Shown: positions 29,701-38,612, counted from the stretch's first letter. The stretch: 64,000 nt of DNA from Patescibacteria group bacterium (GCA_022703645.1 JAKLDG010000001.1:797254-861253), one strand, 5' to 3'. Made by a program: numbers and translations. The notes: generated by a model from the letters alone, not told the origin.

Positions 29701-31916
29701 TTAGTATTACTGACTATATTGAGCTAGTGAGAAAATCCGCGTTCACTCAAGTCGCTAAACCCGGATTTCTTACCGGTCTTGCGGCTTCGCTAGTAAGCGG
29801 AGGAATGGGAGACCAGAATGATCCGAAAACTCAAAAAATAATGAGTTACGCCAACCTGCTAACAAATGTTTATGAAACACTCAAAGATCCAAAATCATTA
29901 AGGAAAGATAAAGAAAAACAAGCCACGCTTTTTGCTTCTTTACAATCAGTAAGTGGCTTTGATCTCGATGATAAGGCTGGCTTTACGACAGGAACAATTG
30001 AAAACCTCATTAAATATCCCAATGAGGCGCCATCGATACTTCTCGCTCAGGGACTGCGCGGATTATCTGAAAAAATATTCGGTGAAAAAGACACTGGACT
30101 AAATGAACTTTTGACTCTTTTCCAATATTATATACCGACCGATATTTTAAACCCGGGTTTTTATTTTGGCGATGCCGAGATAAAAACAGATGCAGCAGAC
30201 AGCTGCCCAATAGGAAGTAAGGACCTATCGGAAGAAGAGATGGTTAATTTTGTAAAAAATAACAGAAGCCGCTGCGGACAATTAATTTTGAACACTACGC
30301 TCAAAGGTTTTATTGAGAATACTACAGCAGTTAAACAAGACATAATAAACCCTGATACCGGGGAGGTTACTGAGGGAGACGTGATAGTGCCTGGAATCCA
30401 ATTACCAGACAAAGATCTAGAAAATCTGAAAAAAGGCGACATGAAGATCTTTACCGCCATGAGTATCACAAACATGGTAAACCGCGCAAACACACAACTG
30501 GACGAGGAGGGGCATAACTCCCAGATAATACCTGCGGGATTCCAATTAAATTATGAGGATGTTGCCGCCGCAATGGGGCTGCGCAGCAAACTTACTGCAA
30601 GTGAAGAATCAAAAATGAGAGATGACTTTACACAAGATTATATAGAAAAAAATGGTATCCCACTTTTGCCAAATGACCTAAAAGAATATAAAAACGCCGA
30701 GAATCAATATATTTTAGACCACTCTGTTAATATAAAATCTATTGCGCGGAAAAATATGATCAATGGTTATATGGATGCGCAATTAATGGCTACGTTTAAA
30801 GTACGCGGTGTTACCCCAATACTACCCGGGTTTACTGCTGCAATGTTTAGCGGCAATGATAAAGATAGAAATAATATGCTTTTGGCTTGTGGTATTAATT
30901 ATGCGATAAGTACTACGGGTGTATTGGGACCAGACATAACCAACAACGCCTACATTATGGATGCGCTTAATTCGTTCACTGAAACTCGTGATATTAATAA
31001 GCTCAAGGAAAGTTTTGCCAGCAGAGAAGGTATCCAAAATACTGTCTTCAGTTTTGTTGACCAAGGTTTATCCAAAAAGCTCGGTATTGAACTACCCCCA
31101 GACACAGCAAAAAATCTCTTTAGCTATCTTACTACTGGGAAATTTAGCACCCCTGGTTTTAGTAAAGACACTATACAGGGTCAGGTATATGGATTAATAG
31201 ACAAACAAATTGGTCTTCCTTCGGGGACAACAGGGTCGCTTATTTCAAACTATAAGCAATTTGCAGCTGGAAACATGTCTCCGACACAATTTCTCCTCGT
31301 TGCTGTTCAATTACTTTTTGGTAAGGCACTGATGAAGGCAGATGCTGAGCTTGGGGTGCCACCCGGAACATTGTCAGCTGCAATTGGTGTTGGTGTTGCT
31401 TATCTGGCTATGACACAAATCGCCGCTAGTGTTGCCGCAGGATCAGTTAGCGCAGGATCATTTGCCGCTACCATGGGTCCGATAGGTCTCTATATAGCTG
31501 CCGCCATGTTTGTCTACACTTTAGTATTTGGATTTTCGAAAATAGAAATGCAGATGACGTGCCCTGGAGACCCGAGCTTTATTGCCGGTGGTCCAACAAC
31601 TCAATGGTGTAGAGCAGAAGAAGAGATGCCGCAACTTTTAACTTCCTGGGCACAAATAAATATACGGCGACTCATTGAAGATATGCTGCGAATAGATGAA
31701 CCGACGAGAACAAATGACCCCAACCTTTTCCCTACGATAATGGGTACTTTCCGGAAAGAAGACGTTGACTATTTCCATGGTCAAGAAACGCTTTCAAACG
31801 GTCAAAAAAGCCCTGGTCTTGCTGACGAAAAATATTCGCGCTATGAGGTATTTAGAGGAATGAGAGATCTTTGGCAGAGTGATTATATGGGCGACTTTGT
31901 TCACATTGGATATTAA
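23787..31916 (+). CDS. Giant membrane/surface protein (2709 aa)
   Basis: Gly/Ala-rich low-complexity N-terminus (locally GC-rich DNA 23900-24240). TM near residue 175 (ISFLILLIFGMTAIIFFAIISSI). Huge hydrophilic body with a recurring degenerate motif LG(I/L/V)P(S)GT..L and repeated KGEISITDY blocks. C-terminal TM cluster (AVQLLFG...AIGVGVAYLAMTQIAASVAAG...GLYIAAAMFVYTLVFGF). Confidence 0.7.
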   Translation: MFMPEKEENQNKSQTSKTPEAEKAASSNALQKQASGSSGANTGIPTVGKTANSPTGGIASSGSAGGRAGGAIGGNAGKAVGGAAGKAGGGPAGDVQDYAKGAKAAGKAAMEGATTPEDEEAMGRAAAKAAATAVAGTAGTKALETAEKVPIAGEQLKKIYSKAGKTISTSIKVISFLILLIFGMTAIIFFAIISSINNGSTGQTAPQKADLNNPTQRSALHIVQAYTGDQDMKREAVNDISEGLMTKISTVKGIQNAVPINLPSTVYAESESDVDETGIDIKEDGTSNIPSNEVNLDEQVIDETTQDLQSTILALNTADDQSPAGITALKTKVQVWKNSLSESEKTKYKNEIEEIDKDIGRLTVIASIGSTAKLVIPAADLAYIRNNEVDIRVVQALNYLVTPRNLGGAGYRKIKVRRIKSQYDSNKRKFDREWYEPEDAEEVVSAHFEGQAFDISGIDYAERRLYKKRVIKKMSKTEPRPPVDIMVVDQSTKLGKSDAFGTSNSSTGNTFGTLFENQALSELYSTIAENTGYDFSQYDIRGSNLNDAVKTIGIVALGEELGIKIDPIQDNSSSEKFFSNLGGNLVSSCLDIPESALNIDNPEEITSNIGRETIAQRMKIEALSLSGNTSAEILESVGKRKIEKNLGIRIGSLNYMSANDTIFAYIGQVIVEQTLNLAGGTFAGNNIDSIKEKIGGDSFNSIFANDPGQIDAILSLPIDDGDTQKLLDKEESPIQYKEKIGRVIIQAKVSNYKNHNTVGEIKKVSSDNIFGRCGGMFNRNANLISSENDCYLMQTSNTQQNQQDEAFDIPEGSAARLFPENGRSDFQTFHDIGVDEVAKRLTDIEEERQEIRMWLTEYKDKQLGELTFLRISDVLDNITDLEKKIKIIRDKGEKTTQEEKDNLSDYTSRLEKISWVRSAVSLSSPSSIDALQITLAKNIEEGIDGENASEIQANLDGFNRALNKYEIYKKQLFNDYTEEKKQSQLEMANFAANLILLGGKLTDGKWTFGNSDLFTVITEDPLNQLLGLPNNSVSKIFRTDSGSDVFYTVGENKIEDADYKQNNNYKSRALSRMQFLETQIDASNKKIEELKKIMGQDASSQIKMYENSIAVLQDQEAMEQANALRDNSTAEEMATKRKKSESLGIKCSDLNIKDILNDPSNQIIKIGASKLESSLELPSGSLANQATNSEEEYPIDYIPEPEVSPSATTKAQGSLFDSSGIGAAKIEEILEMPSGIFVGTELSELIYNLGGEETLYKYFAPDNSYEEIQTQLPISATSEEWFRSIFKNTDAKLGIDEGSTYDLFVEALTPNEYAAIVGKSHLEGEGRDIISKELNLNIGGYGIGYDDIQSLLKGDYIGVALKLGAKTMDEGMDLPEGTTDGLIDDPGADCTIQNDETGTIDSCISGILEASGKEKLAEYMHVYSQATISDNTSENLGQTKIEETLNEIHPNPDLPQGWLSGANLTQVVENIARLNNDNLMKNMAKYDAQTMKDSENAMLQKFGFDLEDTTQNTVKSLQKNGFALNSPAYIVAKTLDEQLKIPVGTTAQLFQGKMTLKKFKNIVYKKYSQNEVKTFIYGKLFDDETISTMEKLGISQDSVLEFATDLANGGTKTKDMLEANKDKITGILSQGNGSDAWGEMTIESRLDPGKKLKSGWFAGSTLQDVKLNIAALMNAPETLPAGLTWDTWRKTLVANTASWMTSAEKNLLAAFQITDGQFQNLKAIKDFDFTTSEGKQSSAYNAFLADDSYFSLKPETTLKLFKGEISITDYTHRVQTAYATHKATSAAVKQFLPENVQDVLNRHGLSPEDVVYGIKNPETLFTKVLMTSMSEKEMGILVGLGSVFEGTKFGAGIDQIKGEFTDNLAQKKIEQTLGLIPGTFSKDSSLEAIMEANGVAKFAAAFRINTNYSESEANLRTFLKNSVFRKDINSPYWSQTTNISRSTTVDNLLEILNVETPRGSTTPTKALLQKEISITDYIELVRKSAFTQVAKPGFLTGLAASLVSGGMGDQNDPKTQKIMSYANLLTNVYETLKDPKSLRKDKEKQATLFASLQSVSGFDLDDKAGFTTGTIENLIKYPNEAPSILLAQGLRGLSEKIFGEKDTGLNELLTLFQYYIPTDILNPGFYFGDAEIKTDAADSCPIGSKDLSEEEMVNFVKNNRSRCGQLILNTTLKGFIENTTAVKQDIINPDTGEVTEGDVIVPGIQLPDKDLENLKKGDMKIFTAMSITNMVNRANTQLDEEGHNSQIIPAGFQLNYEDVAAAMGLRSKLTASEESKMRDDFTQDYIEKNGIPLLPNDLKEYKNAENQYILDHSVNIKSIARKNMINGYMDAQLMATFKVRGVTPILPGFTAAMFSGNDKDRNNMLLACGINYAISTTGVLGPDITNNAYIMDALNSFTETRDINKLKESFASREGIQNTVFSFVDQGLSKKLGIELPPDTAKNLFSYLTTGKFSTPGFSKDTIQGQVYGLIDKQIGLPSGTTGSLISNYKQFAAGNMSPTQFLLVAVQLLFGKALMKADAELGVPPGTLSAAIGVGVAYLAMTQIAASVAAGSVSAGSFAATMGPIGLYIAAAMFVYTLVFGFSKIEMQMTCPGDPSFIAGGPTTQWCRAEEEMPQLLTSWAQINIRRLIEDMLRIDEPTRTNDPNLFPTIMGTFRKEDVDYFHGQETLSNGQKSPGLADEKYSRYEVFRGMRDLWQSDYMGDFVHIGY

Positions 31917-32218
31917 TATTCCTTAGCTTTGCTCTTGAAACGAATCCTTGTTATTGACTTATTTTGAAGTAATTTATTTATTGCGTCTAAAATATCTTTC
32001 TCTCTTAAATTAACCTCCTGTGAATAAACACTACCTGTTGTACTTAAATACAAACAATCATCGCGAGAGGATATTATTTTAACCTGTTTTAAAAAATCTT
32101 TATCAAATAACCCCTCTAAAGCCTTTTCTGCTTCATGACAAACAAGAGCCGCTTGGGCGGCTCTGTTTAAGTTTTTTCCAACCAAAACACTTTTTGTGAG
32201 TTTTCCGATTCTATCCAT
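31913..32218 (-). CDS. Small DUF721/DciA-like protein downstream of dnaN (tentative)
   Basis: 101 aa. Its position immediately after dnaN and its weak resemblance (...AALVCHEAEKALEG...LYLSTTGSVYSQEVNL...) match the DUF721/DciA family that occupies this locus in many bacteria. It overlaps the giant gene stop by 4 nt (convergent). Confidence 0.35.
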   Translation of the reverse strand: MDRIGKLTKSVLVGKNLNRAAQAALVCHEAEKALEGLFDKDFLKQVKIISSRDDCLYLSTTGSVYSQEVNLREKDILDAINKLLQNKSITRIRFKSKAKEY

Positions 32219-32245
32219 TGTTTTTTTGATTTTTTGCTTTGTTGT

Positions 32246-33370
32246 TTAATTCCTCAACGGCATTATTATATAAAGATAATCATTCTTCCCCTCACCTTTT
32301 ATTAACCCCGCGCTATTTGCACCACTGAATTTAATTTCGACATTTTTTTCAGGTATTGCAGATAATACGTCAAGAATATATTTAGCATTAAAAGACACCT
32401 CGATTTCTTTTCCCTTACTTTTTACTGGTATTTTGCTAACACTTTCACCAACCTGAACCCCTTGACCGATGATAGAAAGAATTCCTTTCTCGTCTTTTTC
32501 TTTGCCTTTTTCAAAAGAGACATTGACTTTTATACTATTCGCTGATTCTCTTGCAAAAAGACTTGCTACTTTACAAACATTGAACAATTCCTGTTTATCA
32601 ACAATTACTTCATTCTCAAATTCAGCTGGTATAATCTGTTCATAATTTGGATATTGGCCATCAATAAGTCTTGAGACAAGATGAATTGATCCAAAATTGA
32701 AAAGTATTTGATTTTCATCATAAGAAATATCTACTTTTTCTCCTGCATCTTTTAATATCTTACCTACTTCGTTAATCGTTCTTGTTGGGACAATAAAACT
32801 CTTATTCGTCTTCTCATTTTTTGTAATTTTAACCTTCTCTTCCGCTAATCTATAACTATCTGTCGCGACAATTTTTAAAATATCTTTCTCAATTTTAAAA
32901 AATATTCCAGAAAGTATTGGTCGGGTATTATCAGCTGCGGCCGCAAAGGCTACTTGATTAATCGCGTTCATTAAATCTCGTGATGTTACTGTAAAAGTAT
33001 ATTCTTCACTGATATCTGGGATTGATGGAAAATCTTCCGCATTAACACCTTTTATTGTCGCATTATATTTTTCACCTTCAATTAAAACATTATTATTATC
33101 GACACTAATATTAATTTTATCTTCTTTGATATTAGAAATAAATTCAGTTATTAATCTAGATGGTATTGCAATTGAACCGTCTTTTTCTATTTTTGCACCA
33201 ATCCAATAATTAATACCTAATTCAAGGTCTGTAGCAGAAATTTTTAATCTTCCTTGATCAGTTGAAACTAAAATATTATCTAAAATAGGCAATGAGCTTC
33301 TAACTGAAATTATTCTGGAACTGTGAATTAATGCTTTATTTAAATTTTCTTGTACGCAAGTTACTTTCAT
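32246..33370 (-). CDS. dnaN: DNA polymerase III beta sliding clamp
   Basis: 374 aa, MKVTCVQENLNKAL...PILDNILV...LKISATDLE; three-domain clamp length. Confidence 0.9.
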   Translation of the reverse strand: MKVTCVQENLNKALIHSSRIISVRSSLPILDNILVSTDQGRLKISATDLELGINYWIGAKIEKDGSIAIPSRLITEFISNIKEDKINISVDNNNVLIEGEKYNATIKGVNAEDFPSIPDISEEYTFTVTSRDLMNAINQVAFAAAADNTRPILSGIFFKIEKDILKIVATDSYRLAEEKVKITKNEKTNKSFIVPTRTINEVGKILKDAGEKVDISYDENQILFNFGSIHLVSRLIDGQYPNYEQIIPAEFENEVIVDKQELFNVCKVASLFARESANSIKVNVSFEKGKEKDEKGILSIIGQGVQVGESVSKIPVKSKGKEIEVSFNAKYILDVLSAIPEKNVEIKFSGANSAGLIKGEGKNDYLYIIMPLRN

Positions 33371-33688
33371 AAATTCCTCTTTTTGTTATTAAGACCTTTA
33401 ATTATTATTAATTATATTAATTAAATTTAATTAGTAATAGTAGTATTAGTGTTTGTGGATATTGTTAGTAAGTTTTAAAAAATTCTATTTAAAGGTCTTT
33501 TTGTTTGGGTGTTTAATTGTTGAGAAATATTTTTTGTTTTGATTTTTATTGGTGAAAAGTAGTGGAAGTATGTTGATAAAAAACTTTAGATTTTTGGCAA
33601 GAGTTTTTTTATCCACCATTTTGATTTTTTATAAACAATCTATCCACATGATTTATGCACTTTTCCACAATGGCTGTTGAAAATATGT
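33371..33688. promoter_or_regulatory. dnaA-dnaN intergenic region with DnaA-box-like 9-mers (oriC candidate part)
   Basis: ttatccacc (~33612), ctatccaca (~33649), ttttccaca (~33672), tgtggata (~33453); AT-rich 318-bp spacer. Confidence 0.6.
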
Positions 33689-35077
33689 TTATCTAAAAAA
33701 TCTTTCTTTTATACTATTAATTTCATGTTTGATTATATCATTAGATGAAAGCTCCTGGCTAATTTTGCTGCAAGCATGCATTATTGTTGTGTGGTCCTTA
33801 CCTCCTAATTCTTTGCCTATTTTAGGAAAAGAAAGATGTAGCTCTTCCCGCAGTAGATATGCAAGAATTTGGCGCGGATAAACTAATTCCTTGTTTCTTT
33901 TTTGTCCCAATATCTCATCAACCGAAATATCATAGAAATCAGCCACTTGTCTTAAAAGATCCTTAGGTGAAACATTCCTTTGCTTATCATTAAAAGAAGA
34001 CCCGCACAATATTCCTTTTACATCATCTAAGGAAAGAGTTTTATTATTTAGTTCCGAATGAGCCAAGATTCTGTTTAGCGCTCCCTCCAGTTCGCGTATA
34101 TTATTTTGGATATTTTTTGCGATATAATTAATGATTTCGTCATCAATGTCTTGTGATTTCTCCGCAGCTTTGTTTTGCAATATAGCAATCCTAGTTTCAA
34201 TATCGGGCGGATTGATATCTGCCAACATCCCCCACTCAAAACGTGAGACAAGACGAGCTTCCAGCGCAGCTATTGCTTTTGGGGGTCTATCGGAGGTCAT
34301 GACAATTTGCTTTGATGTGCTATGGAGGTCATTGAATGTATGGAAGAACTCTTCTTGTGTAGATTCCTTACCGGCTAAGAATTGGATGTCATCAATTAAT
34401 AATACGTCAGCACCGCGATAATTATTTTTGAATTGTTCCGCTTTGCCTTTTTTTATTAGAGAAATAAATTCATTAGTAAATTTTTCCGAAGTGGTGTAAA
34501 TAATCTTTTTTTTCTTATCCTTTCTGTGGATCTCGTTTCCTATTGCCTGCATTAGGTGTGTTTTTCCTAGGCCAACCCCTCCATAAATAAATAATGGGTT
34601 GTATGTCACGCCAGGGTTTTTGGAAACAGCCAGAGCAGCCGCATGGGCAAGGCGGTTTGATTCCCCAACAACAAAACTATCAAAGCAATATTTTGGGTTT
34701 AGCTGTCCAATTTCGGTGGTAATTGGTTTTTCGCCATAATCGATACTATTAGTTTCTTTGTATCCATTATTAATGTTGTCAGCCAACCCTTCTTTCCTTG
34801 GGGCAGTAGTATGTGCCATGCCTTTTGATCCTTGGCTATGCAGTATGTATTCGATTTTCTTTACATCACCAACATGATGGTTGAGAGTAGAGAGAATTTC
34901 TTGGTGAAATTTCTTTTGTAGCCAGTCTTTAGTAAATGCATTGGGTGTTCCAATTACAACTGTGTCATCTTTAATATTAATAATGGCAGTTTCTTTAAAC
35001 CACGTGGTAAAATTGGCCTTTGATAATAAGACCTCAAGTTCACCCAAACAAGTTGACCAGAGTTTTTCGATGTCCAT
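33689..35077 (-). CDS. dnaA: Chromosomal replication initiator DnaA
   Basis: Start set at MDIEKLWSTCL... (rc of 35075-35077). AAA+ Walker A GGVGLGKTHL; C-terminal DNA-binding domain (...HTTIMHACSKI). Confidence 0.9.
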   Translation of the reverse strand: MDIEKLWSTCLGELEVLLSKANFTTWFKETAIINIKDDTVVIGTPNAFTKDWLQKKFHQEILSTLNHHVGDVKKIEYILHSQGSKGMAHTTAPRKEGLADNINNGYKETNSIDYGEKPITTEIGQLNPKYCFDSFVVGESNRLAHAAALAVSKNPGVTYNPLFIYGGVGLGKTHLMQAIGNEIHRKDKKKKIIYTTSEKFTNEFISLIKKGKAEQFKNNYRGADVLLIDDIQFLAGKESTQEEFFHTFNDLHSTSKQIVMTSDRPPKAIAALEARLVSRFEWGMLADINPPDIETRIAILQNKAAEKSQDIDDEIINYIAKNIQNNIRELEGALNRILAHSELNNKTLSLDDVKGILCGSSFNDKQRNVSPKDLLRQVADFYDISVDEILGQKRNKELVYPRQILAYLLREELHLSFPKIGKELGGKDHTTIMHACSKISQELSSNDIIKHEINSIKERFFR

Positions 35078-35254
35078 CCTAAAATTTTTTAACAAAAAAT
35101 CTAAATGATTAATTCCATAGTAACATAAGTTATACACAGATTACAATATACAATTCACAGCTTTTATAAAAAATCCACAGCCTGTTGACAAGACATTCTT
35201 AAAAATTTATACTTAGTAGAGTAAAAAATCATCTAATACTAAATTTCAAAAGAA
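35078..35254. promoter_or_regulatory. Region upstream of dnaA with DnaA-box-like motifs and the divergent rpmH promoter (oriC candidate part)
   Basis: ttatacaca, attcacagc and aatccacag between 35140 and 35190. Confidence 0.5.
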
Positions 35255-35404
35255 ATGAAAAAAGGAACAAAAGCGCCACAAAAGAAAAAAAGCCTAAAAG
35301 TACACGGTTTTCGTAAAAGAATGAAAACGAAAGATGGAAGAAAAACTTTATCCGCGAGGCGCGCTAAAGGTAGAAAGAGAATCTCTGTCAGTGATAAAAA
35401 ATAA
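35255..35404 (+). CDS. rpmH: 50S ribosomal protein L34
   Basis: 49 aa [49 protein letters not shown]. It is not in the ORF track because it is under 60 aa. Confidence 0.85.
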   Translation: MKKGTKAPQKKKSLKVHGFRKRMKTKDGRKTLSARRAKGRKRISVSDKK

Positions 35405-35406
35405 AA

Positions 35407-35757
35407 ATGTTTTTTATGAAGGCTTCCAAAAGCATTCGAACGAATAAAGAATTTGACTTGGTATATAAAAAAGGAAAGGTGTTTTTTGGAACCTTTTTTG
35501 CTTTGCGTGTTTTAGTTGTTAAAGACGCTAAAGATTTTCGAGTTGGTATAGTCGTCAGTAATAAAATATTACCAAAAGCCGTGGAAAGAAATAAAAAGAA
35601 ACGTCAGTTGCGCGAAATAATTAGACTCAACCAAGGCAGGCTTATTTCGGGAGTATGGATTTCATTGGTATTAAAAAAAGGCTCAGAAGACAGTAATTAC
35701 CAAGAACTTGAAAAAGAATTTCTTTTGCTGGCAAAAAAAGCAGGGATAATCAGATAA
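35407..35757 (+). CDS. rnpA: RNase P protein component
   Basis: 116 aa basic protein ...VSNKILPKAVERNKKKRQLREIIR, immediately after rpmH. Confidence 0.8.
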   Translation: MFFMKASKSIRTNKEFDLVYKKGKVFFGTFFALRVLVVKDAKDFRVGIVVSNKILPKAVERNKKKRQLREIIRLNQGRLISGVWISLVLKKGSEDSNYQELEKEFLLLAKKAGIIR

Positions 35758-35758
35758 G

Positions 35759-36022
35759 ATGCAGTTTTTAAGAAAAGTACATAAAATTCCAAGAAAGTTT
35801 GCTATAATAGCTATTAGTGTTTATCAAAAAACACTTTCCCCTGATCATGGATGGTTGAAACACTGTTTCCCGCAAGGTTATTGCAGATTTTACCCGACCT
35901 GTTCAGAGTATAGTAAACAAGCTTTTGAAAAATATGGTTTTTTTAAAGGATTTTTTTTAGCAAACTGGAGGATATTACGTTGCAATCCTTGGAGTAAGGG
36001 TGGAATTGATGAATTAAAATAA
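35759..36022 (+). CDS. yidD: Membrane protein insertion efficiency factor YidD
   Basis: CRFYPTCSEY conserved motif; 87 aa. Confidence 0.85.
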   Translation: MQFLRKVHKIPRKFAIIAISVYQKTLSPDHGWLKHCFPQGYCRFYPTCSEYSKQAFEKYGFFKGFFLANWRILRCNPWSKGGIDELK

Positions 36023-36037
36023 TATTAAAAATGAAGC

Positions 36038-36829
36038 ATGTCTTTTTTATGGAATGAGGTTTTAGTAAGACCATTATTAAATCTCCTGCTATTTTTGTAT
36101 GATATTATGCCAGGCCACGACCTCGGTCTGGTTATTATTGTGATTACGGTAATCATTCGCTTGATAGTTTTGCCATTCGGTCTTAAAGCATCGAGGGCGC
36201 AACGCAAGATGAAAACATTAGCCCCGGAGCTAAATAAACTAAAAGAGACCCACAAAACCGATCAGCAAGCTCTAGCAAAAGCTCAGATGGACTTCTATAA
36301 GCAAAATGGCATAAGCCCCTTTTCAAGCTGTCTTCCAGTATTAATTCAACTGCCGATACTTTTTGCGCTCTATCGGGTTTTACGCGAGGGGTTAACAAAA
36401 ATAAACCCAGTCATGGTTTATAGTTTTATCCATCTTCCAGAAAAAATTAGTCCAATGTTTCTTGGATTCCTAGATTTATCACGTCCAGAAAAATATGTAT
36501 TACCGATAATCGCTGGTATAGGGCAATATATACTTGGGGTTATGACAACTCCGTCTAATAATTCAAAAAACGCTGGGCCAGAAGCTGCTATGACAAAACA
36601 AATGTTATATATATTTCCAGTAATGACGATTTTTCTGGCGCTGAGTGTTCCTGCCGGCTTGGTTTTTTATTGGATTGCAACGACGCTTTTTAGTATTTTA
36701 ACTCAAATCTATGTAAATCATGAGAAGAACAAAGAGGTTACAGTACGTATAAAAACAGCTGGTGCCGATCATCATCTGGTTATTCAAGAGGTCAAAGAAG
36801 GAGAAATGGTGGAAGAAGAGAATAAATAG
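36038..36829 (+). CDS. yidC: YidC/Oxa1-family membrane protein insertase (short form)
   Basis: 263 aa, 5 TM helices, ...ISPFSSCLPVLIQLPILFALYRVL. Confidence 0.85.
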   Translation: MSFLWNEVLVRPLLNLLLFLYDIMPGHDLGLVIIVITVIIRLIVLPFGLKASRAQRKMKTLAPELNKLKETHKTDQQALAKAQMDFYKQNGISPFSSCLPVLIQLPILFALYRVLREGLTKINPVMVYSFIHLPEKISPMFLGFLDLSRPEKYVLPIIAGIGQYILGVMTTPSNNSKNAGPEAAMTKQMLYIFPVMTIFLALSVPAGLVFYWIATTLFSILTQIYVNHEKNKEVTVRIKTAGADHHLVIQEVKEGEMVEEENK

Positions 36830-36866
36830 TTATAAAGTTGAAAGTTTTAAAGTTATAATGTAGGGG

Positions 36867-36892
36867 CGAGCCGGTGGCTCGTTCTTTATTTT
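36867..36892 (+). terminator. Rho-independent terminator after yidC (cgagcc-ggt-ggctcg + T-run)
   Basis: GC hairpin followed by ttctttatttt; it overlaps the stop of the convergent methyltransferase gene. Confidence 0.6.
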
Positions 36893-37437
36893 ATATAGAC
36901 AAATAGTTTTTCGAAATCTGGTTTTTGAGGATTAAGAATTATTGTTTGGATGGGGTTCCAATTTGGGAAGCAGGATGTGTTGGTTATTACAACAGATCCT
37001 TTTTTTAATTCTTTTTTCAATTTTTCTTCTAGTGGGGGCAACCAATCATACCAGAGATAAGAATAAAGCACATCTACTTCGGAAAGGTTTTGTTTAAATA
37101 TATCGTTTTTTATAAATTTGATTTTACGGTGCAAAATTAAAGCGCGAATTTTCGCAAAAAATATCCGCAGCCTGCTATTATCGATTGCAACAACTTCAAT
37201 GCTTGGAAGTTGTTTTTTAATAGCTAATGCAAATCTTCCACGCGCACATCCAAGATCATAAAAATTAGTTGCGTCCGGGTTTATCTCTTTGATAACCTCA
37301 ATTATCTTTTCAGTTGCTTTTAAGCTTGTTGGTAATGTATGTCCCATTAGTTGGTCAATAAGAACTAAAATATAGAGGATGAGAAAACCAACCATAATCA
37401 GACATAAAAGAGCCAAAAAAATTAAATAGTTACTCAT
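36886..37437 (-). CDS. Membrane-anchored class I SAM-dependent methyltransferase
   Basis: N-terminal TM, then the motif I-like DLGCARGRFAL. Confidence 0.55.
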   Translation of the reverse strand: MSNYLIFLALLCLIMVGFLILYILVLIDQLMGHTLPTSLKATEKIIEVIKEINPDATNFYDLGCARGRFALAIKKQLPSIEVVAIDNSRLRIFFAKIRALILHRKIKFIKNDIFKQNLSEVDVLYSYLWYDWLPPLEEKLKKELKKGSVVITNTSCFPNWNPIQTIILNPQKPDFEKLFVYIK

Positions 37438-38612
37438 TTATATTCTTTTATTGTTTCTTCTAGTAAAGCCCCTGCTACATTCTTTGGGGTTCCTTTTGTT
37501 GGGAAATGATGTAGCTCTATGCATGGCAAACTATTTAATTCCAAAATGGCACAAGGCTGCTCATTCCAAGGAATACTGATATCTTTTGCGATAAAATCCA
37601 TGCCAACCAGTTTTAAATCGAGGTGCTTTGCAATATCGCGAAACAACTTTAGATTATCGGGATGAATCGTTCCCGTAACTTCCTCCAGTTCGCCTCCGAA
37701 TTTCATAAAAGGATCTTTCTGTAGGTAAACAATGCCGCCCCTTTTTAGAATTAAATTTGGGTTAACGCTGTACTTAATATCATGATAAAGCCGATCGGTT
37801 TTTGTGCCAATATCTCTTTTTGGGTCAGTATTCTTTTTCTCGACCAATTCTTCAATGGTTGAAACCCCATCACCAACGATATTTGCGGGAATTTGTTTTA
37901 CGCAAAATACTTGGTTCCCAACTACAGTAGCCCTATAAACCCAAGAGTCAGGAATATATTTTTCTACGATAAACCTAGATGAGTATTTATTGACGCTGTG
38001 GATGGCCTTTTCTAGCTCATCAAGAGATTTTATGTTTGTTGCCACATGACGCGCCACAGATCCTGATCTGGGTTTCACAACGAGAGGAAAACCAGCTTCT
38101 TTCGCAAATAGATTAGCTCTTCGCTTTTGGAAAAACCAAAAACTCTTTCCCTGTACATACGGAAAACCTTCCTTTTTTAAAACTCTTTTTACTTGGTTTT
38201 TATCATCGATATTGAACTTTGAAGAATTGGTTAATGGAAGCCAACGGAATGTGAAATTCTTTTCCCAATCCGTTCTTAATTTTATGTTTCCAGTATATCC
38301 ATAGGGTCCTTTTTGCAGCGCTGCGTTCAAGCCCCGACTTTTTGCCTCTTCCAACAAAACCCTTGATTTAAGGGGTAATAATTCGGGTTCGAAGTTTTTT
38401 TCATATCGTACAACCTTGAGCAGTGACAGGAGTGATTCAAATACAGATCCAACCAGATTCTCAAATCCTTTTGGTAGGATATTTGGCAGCGTTGCCTCAA
38501 TTATAGACTCTGTCCATGTATGAAAATGATGGTTTGCCGACAACCCGCACTCTTCACAGAAGGCTCGTTTTTTTTCTTTCTTTGACATTTTTTTATTATA
38601 CAACAAATGCAA
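37434..38612 (-). CDS. ATP-grasp domain protein (RimK/cyanophycin-synthetase-like ligase)
   Basis: FPLVVKPRSGSVARHV...ELN..P fold signatures. An alternative start MSKKEKK at 38588 has a tataat just upstream. Confidence 0.5.
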   Translation of the reverse strand: MHLLYNKKMSKKEKKRAFCEECGLSANHHFHTWTESIIEATLPNILPKGFENLVGSVFESLLSLLKVVRYEKNFEPELLPLKSRVLLEEAKSRGLNAALQKGPYGYTGNIKLRTDWEKNFTFRWLPLTNSSKFNIDDKNQVKRVLKKEGFPYVQGKSFWFFQKRRANLFAKEAGFPLVVKPRSGSVARHVATNIKSLDELEKAIHSVNKYSSRFIVEKYIPDSWVYRATVVGNQVFCVKQIPANIVGDGVSTIEELVEKKNTDPKRDIGTKTDRLYHDIKYSVNPNLILKRGGIVYLQKDPFMKFGGELEEVTGTIHPDNLKLFRDIAKHLDLKLVGMDFIAKDISIPWNEQPCAILELNSLPCIELHHFPTKGTPKNVAGALLEETIKEYK

